Origin: a virus
Lineage: Duplodnaviria; Caudoviricetes
Virus record (IMG/VR): IMGVR_UViG_2593339199_000003
Location: 41,082 to 105,081 of that record
DNA length: 64,000 nucleotides
Direction: 5' to 3' (one strand)
The notes under the pieces: model-generated
What the model was told of the DNA's origin: nothing
Database searches by the model: none
What the model saw: only the letters and a program-made list of their open reading frames with translations
Position numbers and translations under genes: made by a program
Part shown: piece after piece, positions 1 through 10,348 of the stretch
Layout: each line of letters begins with the position of its first letter
Numbering within the stretch: the stretch's first letter is position 1

Positions 1-1588
1 GTCGTTTTCGGGTATCGGCTACAGTCTGAATCACCGCCAAGCTGAGCGGCTCGACGCGGTTCTCCTCGGAATAGATGCAGGCTGTGAACCGGTAGAAGTT
101 GTCGTTTGGTCCGCCGTTACTACGGCGCAGACTCAGCGTGTTACCGATCGGCAGGTAGTCTGTGATGACCTGATCCGGCCGGTTTGTCAGCTGCTCCTGC
201 CAGGTGCTGTTCAGCGGGACCGTGCCGTCGAATTTTACATACGTCCGCTCGCGGCGCCACTGGTTGATCCCGCGGAGCAGCAGTGGATTGTGGATCGCAT
301 CGAAGCTCTCAGGCAGCGTGCCGTCTCCGGAATCATTCGCCAGCTTGAAGACTTGCATGCCGTTGATGATCTGGCCGGTCGCCTCGCTCTTGTTGAACTC
401 CACGTACTTCACGCCCCGCATATTGAACTCCACAACCTTGGCGTACTTCGGCGCGCTATCGTCCTGGGAGCTGATCGGATACCAGACAAGCTCGCTGAAA
501 TCCTGCCTATCCTGCATGAGGGCCACGGCGTAATCGATCGAGGTATTGTACGGAATGTCGTGGCTCGCCTTGAGGCTGACCATATTCAGATTCTGCGTCT
601 CGAACACGAATGGATTCGTGATGAGGGTGCCAGATCCCAGGTAACTCTTGCAGTATGCCGAGATGTTCTTGGCCCCGAAGTAATAGTTATAGACGCCAGC
701 TGAATTATCGTCATGCTCTTTCTTCTCATAGACGAATTTGATGGCCCTTACAGTCATCTTCGGAAAACTCCAGACGTCCGAATCTACCACTGTTTTTTGG
801 TTGTTCTTTCCTGGGAGCGGGCTGAATGTCGTGCCGTCCGTAGACGTCTCCACCTGAATCAGAACCGGCTTGCCGTGATGCGCCACATACTCGATCTCGG
901 TCAGCTCTGTGTCGGTCGCCAGCTTCACGACGAGCTCGCCGCGAACCGTGCCCGGGCCGCTGGTCTTCAGTACCTGCCACCACGCCGAATTGATATCATC
1001 GTCAAAGGCATTGTTCGTGGACTCCAGTGCGGCCGACTTCACGTTCGGCGTTAATGGGTTGAATTTCGCCTGCGAGCCGACAAGCAGGATCTTCTCGGTG
1101 TCGCGCTTATTCTCGCTAAGCGTGATCGCTTGGTTTATAACATCCACAAAGACCGAGCTTCTTGTTTTATCGACGCGGCTCATATCCGTGAACTGCTCCA
1201 TCAGCACTTCGCCGCCGGCGCTGTTTACGAGCAGCAGCTGGTCGATTTTCTTGGCAATAGCCATCAGGTCATGATAGATTTTGCTGCGCTCCGTATCGGC
1301 AAATTGAAAGTCGCTCATGACTTTCGTGGTCTGCTCGATCGTTGCTTGATAGGCATCGCTGATATCATCATGAATCAAACGGACGTTCTCATTGTAGCTG
1401 TCGGCATCCGACTTCGATTTACGCAGCACGTGCAGCGGCGTAAAGGAGGGGGCTCCGGGAACATGTTCCCGAAGCCATTGGCTAAAATGATACGTAATAG
1501 TTTGAAGCGTCGGATATCGGCCATGCACCAGATAATAGCGAACGATGCGCTCCATCGTTCTGCCGATTTGACTTTGCCGAATGCCCAC
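1..1588 (-). CDS. Virion structural protein, partial (runs off the left edge, >529 aa); paralog of the 612- and 822-aa proteins
   Basis: Absent from the ORF track. Manually translated open frame from GTG at 1588 with RBS GAGGTG: MGIRQSQIGRTMERIVRYY...GAPSF...ADSYNENVRLIHDDI...NAFDDDINSAWW...YYFGAKNIS...VWYPIS. Same motif order as the 4888-6726 and 6719-9187 proteins. Confidence 0.85.
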   Translation of the reverse strand, partial: MGIRQSQIGRTMERIVRYYLVHGRYPTLQTITYHFSQWLREHVPGAPSFTPLHVLRKSKSDADSYNENVRLIHDDISDAYQATIEQTTKVMSDFQFADTERSKIYHDLMAIAKKIDQLLLVNSAGGEVLMEQFTDMSRVDKTRSSVFVDVINQAITLSENKRDTEKILLVGSQAKFNPLTPNVKSAALESTNNAFDDDINSAWWQVLKTSGPGTVRGELVVKLATDTELTEIEYVAHHGKPVLIQVETSTDGTTFSPLPGKNNQKTVVDSDVWSFPKMTVRAIKFVYEKKEHDDNSAGVYNYYFGAKNISAYCKSYLGSGTLITNPFVFETQNLNMVSLKASHDIPYNTSIDYAVALMQDRQDFSELVWYPISSQDDSAPKYAKVVEFNMRGVKYVEFNKSEATGQIINGMQVFKLANDSGDGTLPESFDAIHNPLLLRGINQWRRERTYVKFDGTVPLNSTWQEQLTNRPDQVITDYLPIGNTLSLRRSNGGPNDNFYRFTACIYSEENRVEPLSLAVIQTVADTRKR

Positions 1589-1600
1589 GGTCGTCACCTC

Positions 1601-4600
1601 TTAAACTGGAGTCAAAGAACCACGTTGTTCTTTCCTTATTGTAATGTCTGACAATGTGGTTTGACCAGGATTTTTCAAATTAATATCGCAGATGATCATA
1701 TACTGCTGCGTCCAGGTTGCCTTATCCAAGGCAATCGTTTTTAGCAACGCACCATTCGCCGCATTGATAATCTCAACCTGCGGATCTTTGTCCAGATCAT
1801 CGATCTGCGCCATGGCGTACCGGTCCACGACGAGCGTAAGCTTGCGACCGACGAAACCGTCAATCGTGATGATCTCGACCTCATTGTCCCAGGCGGTCGC
1901 CGCGGTATGGCTCGTATAGTCGAAGTTCAAGTAAACGGCATCCGCGCCCTCCTGATAGACGTGATATGTCGCGCCACTGATTGTGACCGTTGGCGAGTTG
2001 TAGGCGACATGCTTGGTTACGTCTTTGTCGATAAAGGCATGAAGGTCGAGATCGCAAGCGCCGCTGGCCCGGTAACCCCAGCGCAACCGGAACAGCATGT
2101 CATAACTGTTCTTAATCGTGCCTTCATCCGGGCTTCCCCCATCGGTCGGAGGCGGCGAGCAGTCGATGACATTGATGGCGATCGTAATCGACTTGGTTGT
2201 GCCGTCCGGACTGGTCGCCGTAATGACCAGATCGCCGGAGTTGAGCTCGCCGGCATCGTGAGAAATTTCGCCTGAGATGCTGGCGAGCTGCGAGCCGTAG
2301 TCACCGAGGATATCCACGTACTGGCCGCCGGTCGCGTCCACCAGTGGCTTCAACTGATCCATGACCGACGCATTCGTGGATGCTGTTGGACCGATCACGG
2401 AAATCTTGATGCCGCGGCCTTGGCATGCGCTTGCGACCTCAGCAACCGTATAGGCGCCACCATCGCTTGTGGTATGCACGTGGGCGTCGGTTAGCATGAT
2501 GATGTACTTGGCCGCATTGCTACGGAAGTCGAAGCTGAGCGCCCCGTTCGTGCCGTCCATAATCCCTTCGAGTCCGGACTCCGGTTCATCGCCGCCACCA
2601 CCCACGAGAATGTATTGAAGCTGCGTCTTGAACAGATCCTTGTTCGTCGTATAATCATTCTTGAAGAGCCGCTCCCCGTAGGTCACATCGCCGAACTGAA
2701 CCAGGCCGAGGCGGTAATCTACGCCATCATTGGCAAGCCGTGTGATGAACGCATCCAGGTTATTGGCCACGTTTGTGATGTAGCTCGACATGGATCCGGT
2801 ATAGTCCACAAGGAAGATGATGTCGGCTTTGCCACCAATCGTTGCTCCGCCATCAGTGCCGAATGCAGTCGCCGGGATCGTGAACGCGAAATCCTTATGC
2901 GTCCCGCTCCCCGTTCCCGCATACACCTCCTCGCCGCGGTACGTGGCATTGACCGTCGAAACGCTTGGGTAGATGTCCGCATAGCCGGCAATATTTAGCG
3001 GCTCGTTGTTGCACTGTGTGAGCGAGGTTGGGTCCGCCGATGGAGCCGTCACATGCAGCTCGGGAACCGGGTTCACACCCGTTTCGGGATCGGAGTTATG
3101 CGAGCTGTCGATAGGACACACCTGCGACGTGAAGACATCGTAATGCTTGCTGACCACGAAGTCCCCACTTTTGCCGATGCATGGTGCATTGGCATAGTTG
3201 CCAGTGACCACCTCGGAAATCCATGGCAGATCGCCGATGGCTTTCGGACCACCTTTCATCCACTCCGTATTCTTCGCGCCGGCCGATTTAAAGTTGAGGT
3301 TGGTCGCCCATGCCGTCTGCACGACATCGTAGAAGTCTTTGAACATGACGCCGATTCCCGTCACCTGCAGGTTTGTCTGTCCGGTGCCATTCTTCACCAT
3401 GACGGATACGCCTTTGAAATAATCCGACCAGCCCACGACCACATCAATCGGGCCAGCCTTGGACTGCACCGTGATTTGCTCCGTCACAAGCCAGGACAGC
3501 GGCACGATGACTGTCTCCAGATCATTCGTGATGTCGCTATAATACTGGAACGCCACCTTATCCAGCAGCAAGCAGTTGCGAACCGGATTTTTGGTTGGAT
3601 CATACGGCTCGACCGGTGGCTGCGTCGGATCATTCGGTGTCGTCTGGCCCTCATCCGGATTCAGGAGCTGCTTATTGATTGGACACTGGTTGATGTTCCA
3701 ATTGCCGCCGAATGAGAAGTTCACGTAATCGTTAAGCGATCCAATGCTCGGGCTTGCCGAGTAATCGCCATTGTTTATGATCGGCTTCGTCCAGTTGTCC
3801 GTCGTCTTGGTCGAACCATCGCCAAGCATCAGATCGGCGTTCTTTACCCCGTCCGTCTGCTTAATGATGCTCGCAGCCCATGTTGTCTTGCTCAGGTTCT
3901 TCTCGTCCAGATAATTGATGGCGATGGAGCTGAGCTGGAATCCATAGCCGGTTGTGTTCGTTCCTGCCTTAAACCAGGCGATGATGCCGTTGCTTGATCC
4001 CCAGCCGAAGGTCACCTTCGCGCCGTTGCCATTGTCGATTTCATACGGCAGCCAGTCGGATGGAATGTCGAGGGGGATGATCGCTTGCTGCGTCGCATCG
4101 AAATACTCGATGTGTAGCGAGTCGAACAGCAGGCAGTTACGGGCATTCGGTTCTTCATCGGCCGGCAGCTTAGTCGAGATCACGAAGCTGTCCGAAGCTT
4201 GGCGGCCTTGATCATCGAAACCTTTTACCTCGACAGCAATCGTGTCACCCGCTTCATAGCCATCGGTCGGCAAACTGAAGCGGAAGGACTTCTCATAGCC
4301 CACCGCGGATGTAACCGTTGGCAGACTATAGTCGGTATGGTCCACTTCGGTTCCGTTGACGAACACGACCGCTTTCGTAATCGGATAGGCGCTATCAACT
4401 ACGCCGAGGACCACGATATCCTCACCCTTGGGTACGCTAGTTGGCTTCGGGCTGATCGTAACTTTGATCGGTTTGTCGCCTGGGTGTGGGTCGGTCGGGT
4501 CCGTTGGATCATTAGGATCATTAGGATCATTAGGATCATTCGGGTCATTAGGGTCATTAGGGTCACTCGGATCATTCGGATCATTAGGGTCATTGGGGTC

Positions 4601-4891
4601 ATTGGGGTCATTCGGGTCATTCGGGTCATTCGGGTCTGTGCCCCCTCCTCCATTGCCCGGGTCGTTCCCGTCGCCGCTTCCCGGGTTGGAGCCCCCGCCC
4701 CCGGTATCATCTCCATTTGGATCAGGCGGCGTTGGCGGGAAGTACGGGATATCCGTATCTCCGCCGCCCGTGTCCCCGTCGTCTTGATTATCCGCCGCGC
4801 GCCGTGTCGATGCTTCCATGTCGACTTCATCACCAGCGACATGTGCTTTAATGTTAAAGCTTTTCAGTATAGGGGTTGAAAACTGGTTCAT
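1601..4891 (-). CDS. vWA-domain virion/appendage protein (1096 aa): DPN repeat linker, Ig-like domain, two ~160-aa internal repeats, vWA, C-terminal YfaP/DUF2135-like domain
   Basis: Start moved to ATG 4891 (AGGAGG RBS; ATGA overlap with the upstream stop). vWA motifs DIIFLVDYTGSMS, GGGDEPESGLEG and IMLTDA. Repeats begin NARNCLLFD and NPVRNCLLLD. C-terminus has LRW...DLDLH...E.I.I. Confidence 0.85.
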   Translation of the reverse strand: MNQFSTPILKSFNIKAHVAGDEVDMEASTRRAADNQDDGDTGGGDTDIPYFPPTPPDPNGDDTGGGGSNPGSGDGNDPGNGGGGTDPNDPNDPNDPNDPNDPNDPNDPSDPNDPNDPNDPNDPNDPNDPTDPTDPHPGDKPIKVTISPKPTSVPKGEDIVVLGVVDSAYPITKAVVFVNGTEVDHTDYSLPTVTSAVGYEKSFRFSLPTDGYEAGDTIAVEVKGFDDQGRQASDSFVISTKLPADEEPNARNCLLFDSLHIEYFDATQQAIIPLDIPSDWLPYEIDNGNGAKVTFGWGSSNGIIAWFKAGTNTTGYGFQLSSIAINYLDEKNLSKTTWAASIIKQTDGVKNADLMLGDGSTKTTDNWTKPIINNGDYSASPSIGSLNDYVNFSFGGNWNINQCPINKQLLNPDEGQTTPNDPTQPPVEPYDPTKNPVRNCLLLDKVAFQYYSDITNDLETVIVPLSWLVTEQITVQSKAGPIDVVVGWSDYFKGVSVMVKNGTGQTNLQVTGIGVMFKDFYDVVQTAWATNLNFKSAGAKNTEWMKGGPKAIGDLPWISEVVTGNYANAPCIGKSGDFVVSKHYDVFTSQVCPIDSSHNSDPETGVNPVPELHVTAPSADPTSLTQCNNEPLNIAGYADIYPSVSTVNATYRGEEVYAGTGSGTHKDFAFTIPATAFGTDGGATIGGKADIIFLVDYTGSMSSYITNVANNLDAFITRLANDGVDYRLGLVQFGDVTYGERLFKNDYTTNKDLFKTQLQYILVGGGGDEPESGLEGIMDGTNGALSFDFRSNAAKYIIMLTDAHVHTTSDGGAYTVAEVASACQGRGIKISVIGPTASTNASVMDQLKPLVDATGGQYVDILGDYGSQLASISGEISHDAGELNSGDLVITATSPDGTTKSITIAINVIDCSPPPTDGGSPDEGTIKNSYDMLFRLRWGYRASGACDLDLHAFIDKDVTKHVAYNSPTVTISGATYHVYQEGADAVYLNFDYTSHTAATAWDNEVEIITIDGFVGRKLTLVVDRYAMAQIDDLDKDPQVEIINAANGALLKTIALDKATWTQQYMIICDINLKNPGQTTLSDITIRKEQRGSLTPV
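4484..4636 (-). repeat. 17 tandem 9-bp units encoding (Asp-Pro-Asn/Ser/Thr/His)17
   Basis: Directly visible units such as gggtcattc and ggatcatta, with synonymous variation, in frame within the vWA gene. Confidence 0.95.
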
Positions 4892-6726
4892 GCACTTTCC
4901 TCCTCTGGCCGTTGAAACAAGATTCGGATCCGCAGGCTGTACACCGGATACTCGGATTCCAGATATCCGTCGCTGGCGGTTGCCTGGCTGGACTTTGATA
5001 CTTGCTGTACCGTGTAAATCTTCGGCGGCGCCGGCTCCCCACCGCTTACAAAGGGCTGACGCTCCAGCGGTGTGATCGGATGCCATGTCGAGCCATCATC
5101 GATCGACACAAAGTATTTGATCCACTTGTACTTCTGGGATGGATCGTCGGCATAGAACGGCGCCGGAATATCCTCATCCACGGAGAGCGTGATCTTCTCG
5201 AGCGGCTTGTCGAAGTAGTATGGCTCGGATACAATTTCGGCGGATTGCTCGTATTCGCAGGACCAAATCTCAATGTCCCGCACGCCGATGCAGTAACGCC
5301 AACCTTCAAAGCGTTCGACGCCTACATCGATATTTTCGTTATTGATCGTGCGGGTTAGATTGTAGATGACGTCATCCATGGCGATTTGATCTTGATCGCT
5401 GCCGCGGAGCGGGTAGTTTGCATCCACCGATGCATCGCTAATCTTGACGTTGACGCCGAGATCCTGCAGTCCGATGACCGGTCCATTGATCCGCGGCTGC
5501 TCGGCGGCGTCCGTCTTCTTCGTGAGCGAGTCAAACACATAAGCTGTGCCGTCCTCGACCTGCATCTTCTGCTCGTAGTAGATGTGCCCGATGTCGGTGT
5601 AATACTTCGCCGGCTGCTCGAACAGGATCGAGATGACCTTGGCATTCTGCGGCGTGAAGATGAATGTGGTGTCCTCGTCCTTCTTGCTGGCGCTTAGTAC
5701 CGACTTCGGTGCGTTCTGGCCGTCTGAGATCAACACGTCGCGAATGATCGCCGGCTTGGCGCCGTAGTTCGGCGGGGTGTACAGGTTCACGTTGACCTTA
5801 TTGATCTGCTTGGCTTCCGGAAGCACGACCTGCATATGCAGCCGCAGTACGCCGTCCGCTGGGTCCTTGGCCCAAGAGAGTGTCTGGTTGCCGCTCACTT
5901 GATAGTCGAAGCCGAGGTTCTTAGCCACTTTCTGCTTATCAATATCTCGGATATTCACGAGCTCGTATTCAAACCAGGTGTTCGCGTTGCCGTCGAGCAC
6001 CGCGCCATAATTGGCATGGCTGTTCTTCTGGCCAACGAACGCATACGTGTAATCGGCTTCTGTCAGTGAACTGCCCGGCGATACCGTTACCTCGTGGGTG
6101 TTACCGGGGAAGCCATTGGAGTCGGAGCCGATGATGAACTGGTCATAAGTTTTGTTCCCGATGACAATCGCTACCTGCGCATCTTCGGCCACGTTCGTCG
6201 CGCTTTTTTGCTGGAGTGTGACAGCACCGTTCTCGATGTGCGCCGGCGAGCCAACAATTCGGTCGAAATCGATCTTGTCCTGATTAACAAAATCGTTTCG
6301 ATGAAACGTGATGCGGCCGTTGCTGGCCGCATTGGTTGTCAGCAGTTCCAGATCCTTCAGCTTGTCGGCGATCTGCGTGAACTGATTGTCGAGGATGGAA
6401 TGCTGCACCTGATTGTAGTTGAAGTCGGCATACAGTGCCTTGCTCAAGATGTCCGCTTCCTGGAACATGATCTGCAGATCGCTCTGCAGCTCGTCCATCA
6501 TGTTGTTGTAGTCGTCGCTCCATGGCGGCCCGTCAATCGGAGCCAGCCGGAGCTGCATCAATGGCTGCCCCATGCTGACGAAGAAATCTTGGAAGGATTG
6601 GAATACGCTCTTAATCAGCGAAGTGTCCGTCTTAATTGAGCCGTTCTCGAAGGCGGTCTTCGCTTTGTCGAACTGAGCCACCGCTTGCTGATATAGGAGC
6701 TGGGAGTTGTTTTTGAGATTAGCCAT
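4888..6726 (-). CDS. Virion structural protein (612 aa): N-terminal coiled coil plus discoidin-like beta-sandwich
   Basis: GGAGG RBS; overlaps both neighbours. Motifs SDDYNNMMDELQSDL, AVLDGNANTWF and SIDDGSTWHPITP are shared with its paralogs. Confidence 0.8.
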   Translation of the reverse strand: MANLKNNSQLLYQQAVAQFDKAKTAFENGSIKTDTSLIKSVFQSFQDFFVSMGQPLMQLRLAPIDGPPWSDDYNNMMDELQSDLQIMFQEADILSKALYADFNYNQVQHSILDNQFTQIADKLKDLELLTTNAASNGRITFHRNDFVNQDKIDFDRIVGSPAHIENGAVTLQQKSATNVAEDAQVAIVIGNKTYDQFIIGSDSNGFPGNTHEVTVSPGSSLTEADYTYAFVGQKNSHANYGAVLDGNANTWFEYELVNIRDIDKQKVAKNLGFDYQVSGNQTLSWAKDPADGVLRLHMQVVLPEAKQINKVNVNLYTPPNYGAKPAIIRDVLISDGQNAPKSVLSASKKDEDTTFIFTPQNAKVISILFEQPAKYYTDIGHIYYEQKMQVEDGTAYVFDSLTKKTDAAEQPRINGPVIGLQDLGVNVKISDASVDANYPLRGSDQDQIAMDDVIYNLTRTINNENIDVGVERFEGWRYCIGVRDIEIWSCEYEQSAEIVSEPYYFDKPLEKITLSVDEDIPAPFYADDPSQKYKWIKYFVSIDDGSTWHPITPLERQPFVSGGEPAPPKIYTVQQVSKSSQATASDGYLESEYPVYSLRIRILFQRPEEESA

Positions 6727-9187
6727 TGCGAACCTCCTGATCGTAGGTTTGACAGCGAAGCGAATAGCTGAAGACAGCCGGGGTCACACTTTCGTATCCA
6801 GCGCTGTTACGGCGCAGGATCGCCTTTAGGCGGACGTCCGTGGTCAGGTAATAATAATCGACCGTGATGTTCTTCAGTTCGTCCCCGAATGCTGCTATCG
6901 GGAAGATGATCTGATTGCCGATCTGCGCAAAGACATGTCCTTCATTTTCGATCTGCAGTCGGCTGGTATCGTAAGTACCGCTTGAGTAATCGGTGATGTT
7001 CTTGTACTCCACCCCGTTTACCCGGACGATAACCGGGTAGTACAGGTCTTCGGCCTGCAGCTGCGTATCGTCTTGGTTGTACCGCTCCAGCGTATCGTCA
7101 TAAGCGAATAGCTGATTGCGGAAGACGAAGGGCACATGCTTGATCGTGACGGTGTTGTTGTCATCCACCGCAGCGAACGTTTCCCCTGTCTCACCCTGGT
7201 CATTGATATATTGCATCGGCTGGATTTCCGTCTCGTCGATGCTGACGATGTATGCATCTTCGACCGGCTTATAATCCACCGTGTAAATACTGGAGGCCGA
7301 ATAATATTGGCTGATGATGCCGAGCTTCTTCCCATCAGTCGAGATGACATACTGCGCGCGCGGCACCGGTATGCCGTCGCGTCGGAGGACTACCGTGTCG
7401 GCTGAGATGATCGGGAAGCGGAAGCTAAATTGGATGGTGCCCAACATCTCCGGATAGCTCTCGGTCACGCTGCTGCCAAAGAGGAGTTCGCCTTCGACGT
7501 AATCCTTGTTAGCCGGCAGGATCGGCTTCCATGCGCCCACGTCCGGATTCTTCTTGTAGGCGATGTAATATTCTATGTCTGTTATGCGGACCGCATCGCC
7601 ATTATCCATCGTTACATTGTGGTGCTTCTCGTCCGTCATGAGACTCAGCATCTTCATGTTCCCGTTTATCGGTAACGGCTTCGATACGTAGATCGAACGC
7701 TGCTGGAACTTGCGGCCAGTCAAGCTGATGTTATAGAATCCGTACAAGTAGGACAGCTTCGACACCGCCGTCCATTGCTGGCTTAGGTTATCCGGGATCT
7801 GCTGCGGCTGCCCGGTCGCCGAGATGGACCGCAGCGCGAGCTGCATCGGGTTCTTATAGTTGCCCGTCCGGACGACATCCATGGCTGCCTTCGCCGCATC
7901 CACGACGCTGTTTGCCGCATTGCCAGCCGTGGCCGCCCAGTTCTTGAGCGCCGATAGATACCGGTTCCAGCCTGTGAGCTCGTTTTTCTTGTCGAACTCC
8001 GCGATGGATTCGCCCGGGCTTACTTTATCGGCGATGGCATCGGTGCCGAGTGTCAGCAGTTGATTGTCGTTGACGATCTTCTGCCACAGCTCCGCTTGGT
8101 TGGCTTCATCTATGCTGACGATGTAATTTTCTTTGACGTAATTCTCCTGCCGCATCAAGACGCGAAGCATGGAGATGTCCACCGAAGGGAACTGAAAGCT
8201 GATCAGACCAACTGACTTCTTGCTGCGCTGCGACGGATTATCGTGATCCGGCGTGATAAGGGCGTACATCTTCGCATCCTTGTCGGCCGACTCGTAACCA
8301 TGCACGGCGACGATCTCGAGCGGGTATGCGCAGTACGGATCGAACTGGATTTCGGATACCGTGGTCAGGCCGCTCAGCTTGATCTCGATCTCCGTCATCG
8401 CGCCGTCCTTCGGATAATCCGTATAGTCGTGCGTCCAGATATCGCTGATGTCATGTGTGATCGGCTCATCAGAGAGAACGACTTCAGCCCAGTAGCTTTC
8501 AAGCGAGCCGTCGATCGCATAATCCACCGGATGCTCTGGGTTGGTTGCCATGTCACCGGTGCGGTTGACGACGCGGATGTCAGCCAGCTTGCGGCCGTAG
8601 GGGTTCTTCAACTGATCGATCGTTTCATAGCTGGCCAACTGTAGCCGGTCGGCGACGATTTCGCCCTGGTACTTATCGGCGAGGTATTGACCGTAGCGAT
8701 CTTTGCGAAGCAGTGCGAGCGCTTCACTGTCCGTCTCCGTATACTGCTGGGCCTGGAACTGCTCATGAACGCCTTCGACGAAGCCGTCCGTGTTCTGCAT
8801 GATGAGCTTGTAGCGTTCCACCTGGCTGTCGAGCATTTGCACTTTCTTCTTCAACTCGGCCAGCATCGAGCGGGACAACTGATGATTGTCCGTGATAATC
8901 TGATCGATCTGCCCGGACGCGGAGAAAAGCGTCATAAGGTCGAATGCAATCTCATCGAGACTGCTGTTATAGTCGGCGGAATTAGTCTTGCCGGTTTGGT
9001 GACGAGCTTTGAATGTCGGCACGCCCTTGTATTGATTGAGCTGGGCCATGAGCCGGTCAAGCTCGGCCTTGAGCTCGTAGTCGCTTTTTATGAGCCCTTC
9101 TTGTTGTTTGATCTCCAGCAGCTCCATCAATTTTTTTCGCTGCGTATCAGGCATGGTTAAAAGAAAGTCATCAAGGTACTTCCCCAC
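6719..9187 (-). CDS. Virion structural protein (822 aa), paralog of the 612-aa protein
   Basis: GTG 9187 is properly spaced from GGAGG. Motifs SADYNSSLDEIAFDL, YAIDGSLESYW, YLYGFYNISL, WKPILP. Confidence 0.8.
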   Translation of the reverse strand: MGKYLDDFLLTMPDTQRKKLMELLEIKQQEGLIKSDYELKAELDRLMAQLNQYKGVPTFKARHQTGKTNSADYNSSLDEIAFDLMTLFSASGQIDQIITDNHQLSRSMLAELKKKVQMLDSQVERYKLIMQNTDGFVEGVHEQFQAQQYTETDSEALALLRKDRYGQYLADKYQGEIVADRLQLASYETIDQLKNPYGRKLADIRVVNRTGDMATNPEHPVDYAIDGSLESYWAEVVLSDEPITHDISDIWTHDYTDYPKDGAMTEIEIKLSGLTTVSEIQFDPYCAYPLEIVAVHGYESADKDAKMYALITPDHDNPSQRSKKSVGLISFQFPSVDISMLRVLMRQENYVKENYIVSIDEANQAELWQKIVNDNQLLTLGTDAIADKVSPGESIAEFDKKNELTGWNRYLSALKNWAATAGNAANSVVDAAKAAMDVVRTGNYKNPMQLALRSISATGQPQQIPDNLSQQWTAVSKLSYLYGFYNISLTGRKFQQRSIYVSKPLPINGNMKMLSLMTDEKHHNVTMDNGDAVRITDIEYYIAYKKNPDVGAWKPILPANKDYVEGELLFGSSVTESYPEMLGTIQFSFRFPIISADTVVLRRDGIPVPRAQYVISTDGKKLGIISQYYSASSIYTVDYKPVEDAYIVSIDETEIQPMQYINDQGETGETFAAVDDNNTVTIKHVPFVFRNQLFAYDDTLERYNQDDTQLQAEDLYYPVIVRVNGVEYKNITDYSSGTYDTSRLQIENEGHVFAQIGNQIIFPIAAFGDELKNITVDYYYLTTDVRLKAILRRNSAGYESVTPAVFSYSLRCQTYDQEVRNG

Positions 9188-9205
9188 CTGCTTCACCTCC
9201 TATGT

Positions 9206-9229
9206 ATAAAGGACAGCCTTTCGGCTGCC
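9206..9229 (-). terminator. Hairpin with GAAA tetraloop; weak terminator or mRNA stabiliser
   Basis: Minus strand reads GGCAGCC-GAAA-GGCTGTC followed by CTTTAT, just after the stop at 9236. Confidence 0.5.
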
Positions 9230-9235
9230 GCTTTG

Positions 9236-10288
9236 TTACTTTGCGATGATTCCGTGGTCGCCGTCATACGGCTTCCAGTCGTTGGCGTCCTCGTCCCATT
9301 TCTCCAAAATGAAATGGCTGAGAAGCGGGTGCTCATTGTACGAGAACGTGGCGTGCGCCATGCCATCCTGCACCGTCACCATGAGCCCCTTCGGTGTAAT
9401 AGATTCCGTTACGATCTCCTTCTGATTTCGCATAATGGAGAAATCGGCGGTCCACTCGACACCTTTCATCGCTTCAATGTCCGTCAGCACCCCGGTCAGC
9501 ATCTTCTCGAAGCGCTGCAGCATTTCCATGAGCGGGCTTGTCTTGGACACGACCGTCTCCAGGAGGAAATACAGGAAGTCATCCGGCACATCTTTGAATT
9601 TCATCTGCACGGGGAAGTACAGTCGGACCGGCTGTTTCGGCGCTTCGTCCAAAATGATTTGACCCGTGACGTCGATTGACCCGAGCAGCAATCGGTTACT
9701 GGAAGTCAGGAAGCCTTTTTCGCCATTCTCGTCGAGAACGGTGACTAATCCATCCAGGAAGATGATGCCTTCTTCGGCCGGCACCTGAATGACGGTCTCC
9801 GTCACGTTGTGTGTCAGCTCCAGCTTGTAAGGCATAACAATATCCCGGTTGATGAAATCAAGACTGTCCTGTGCCATCTCTTGAATCCGGCGGAGCCTAA
9901 AGTCCAGCTTTAGGCCGTCATCGACAACCGAATCCACTTCGGCAATGGCGTTATTGACCTCATCCTTAATGTAAGACTCGACTCCAGTACCAGATGCATT
10001 CTCCGCGATCTCCACGACTTGAGCTTTCAAGTCTTCCAGCAGCTTCTTCAACTTCTGCCCCTTCGCTGCCACGACACCAAATGTCGCCGTGTTGAGCTCG
10101 GCCAGCGCATCTTCAGCCTTGACGATCGCTGTAATGGCATTCGTTTTATTGATCGCAACCTGCGGGACCGCGGCCAGAATCGCGCCTTTATTCTGCTGCC
10201 AAGAAGACATCGATGTGCTCAGGTCATTCAGCTTCGCTTCGAGCTGATTCACAAATGGAATCAGCTCATTCGTGTTGCTCACTGGCAT
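9236..10288 (-). CDS. Hypothetical virion protein (350 aa) with N-terminal coiled coil and beta-rich C-terminus
   Basis: ATG 10288 with AAAGGAGG RBS; heptad-like N-terminal half. Confidence 0.75.
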   Translation of the reverse strand: MPVSNTNELIPFVNQLEAKLNDLSTSMSSWQQNKGAILAAVPQVAINKTNAITAIVKAEDALAELNTATFGVVAAKGQKLKKLLEDLKAQVVEIAENASGTGVESYIKDEVNNAIAEVDSVVDDGLKLDFRLRRIQEMAQDSLDFINRDIVMPYKLELTHNVTETVIQVPAEEGIIFLDGLVTVLDENGEKGFLTSSNRLLLGSIDVTGQIILDEAPKQPVRLYFPVQMKFKDVPDDFLYFLLETVVSKTSPLMEMLQRFEKMLTGVLTDIEAMKGVEWTADFSIMRNQKEIVTESITPKGLMVTVQDGMAHATFSYNEHPLLSHFILEKWDEDANDWKPYDGDHGIIAK

Positions 10289-10303
10289 AGGGATTCCTCC
10301 TTT

Positions 10304-10339
10304 AAAAAAGCGGCTGGCGATTATCACCAACCGCTTTTT
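10304..10339 (-). terminator. Intrinsic terminator
   Basis: Minus strand reads GCGGTTGGTGA-TAA-TCGCCAGCCGC-TTTTTT, an 11-bp stem with two G:U pairs followed by U6. Confidence 0.8.
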
Positions 10340-10348
10340 ATTTTAACA

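Noticed and set aside
4484-4636. Tandem repeats as a possible CRISPR array
   Set aside because: The units are 9 bp with no spacers, are in frame and vary at synonymous positions, so this is a coding repeat.
4892-5086. ORF-track N-terminal extensions (also at 10330, 15605, 24170, 25618, 29873 and 57898)
   Set aside because: They overlap upstream genes or regulatory DNA, whereas the downstream starts have well-spaced RBSs.
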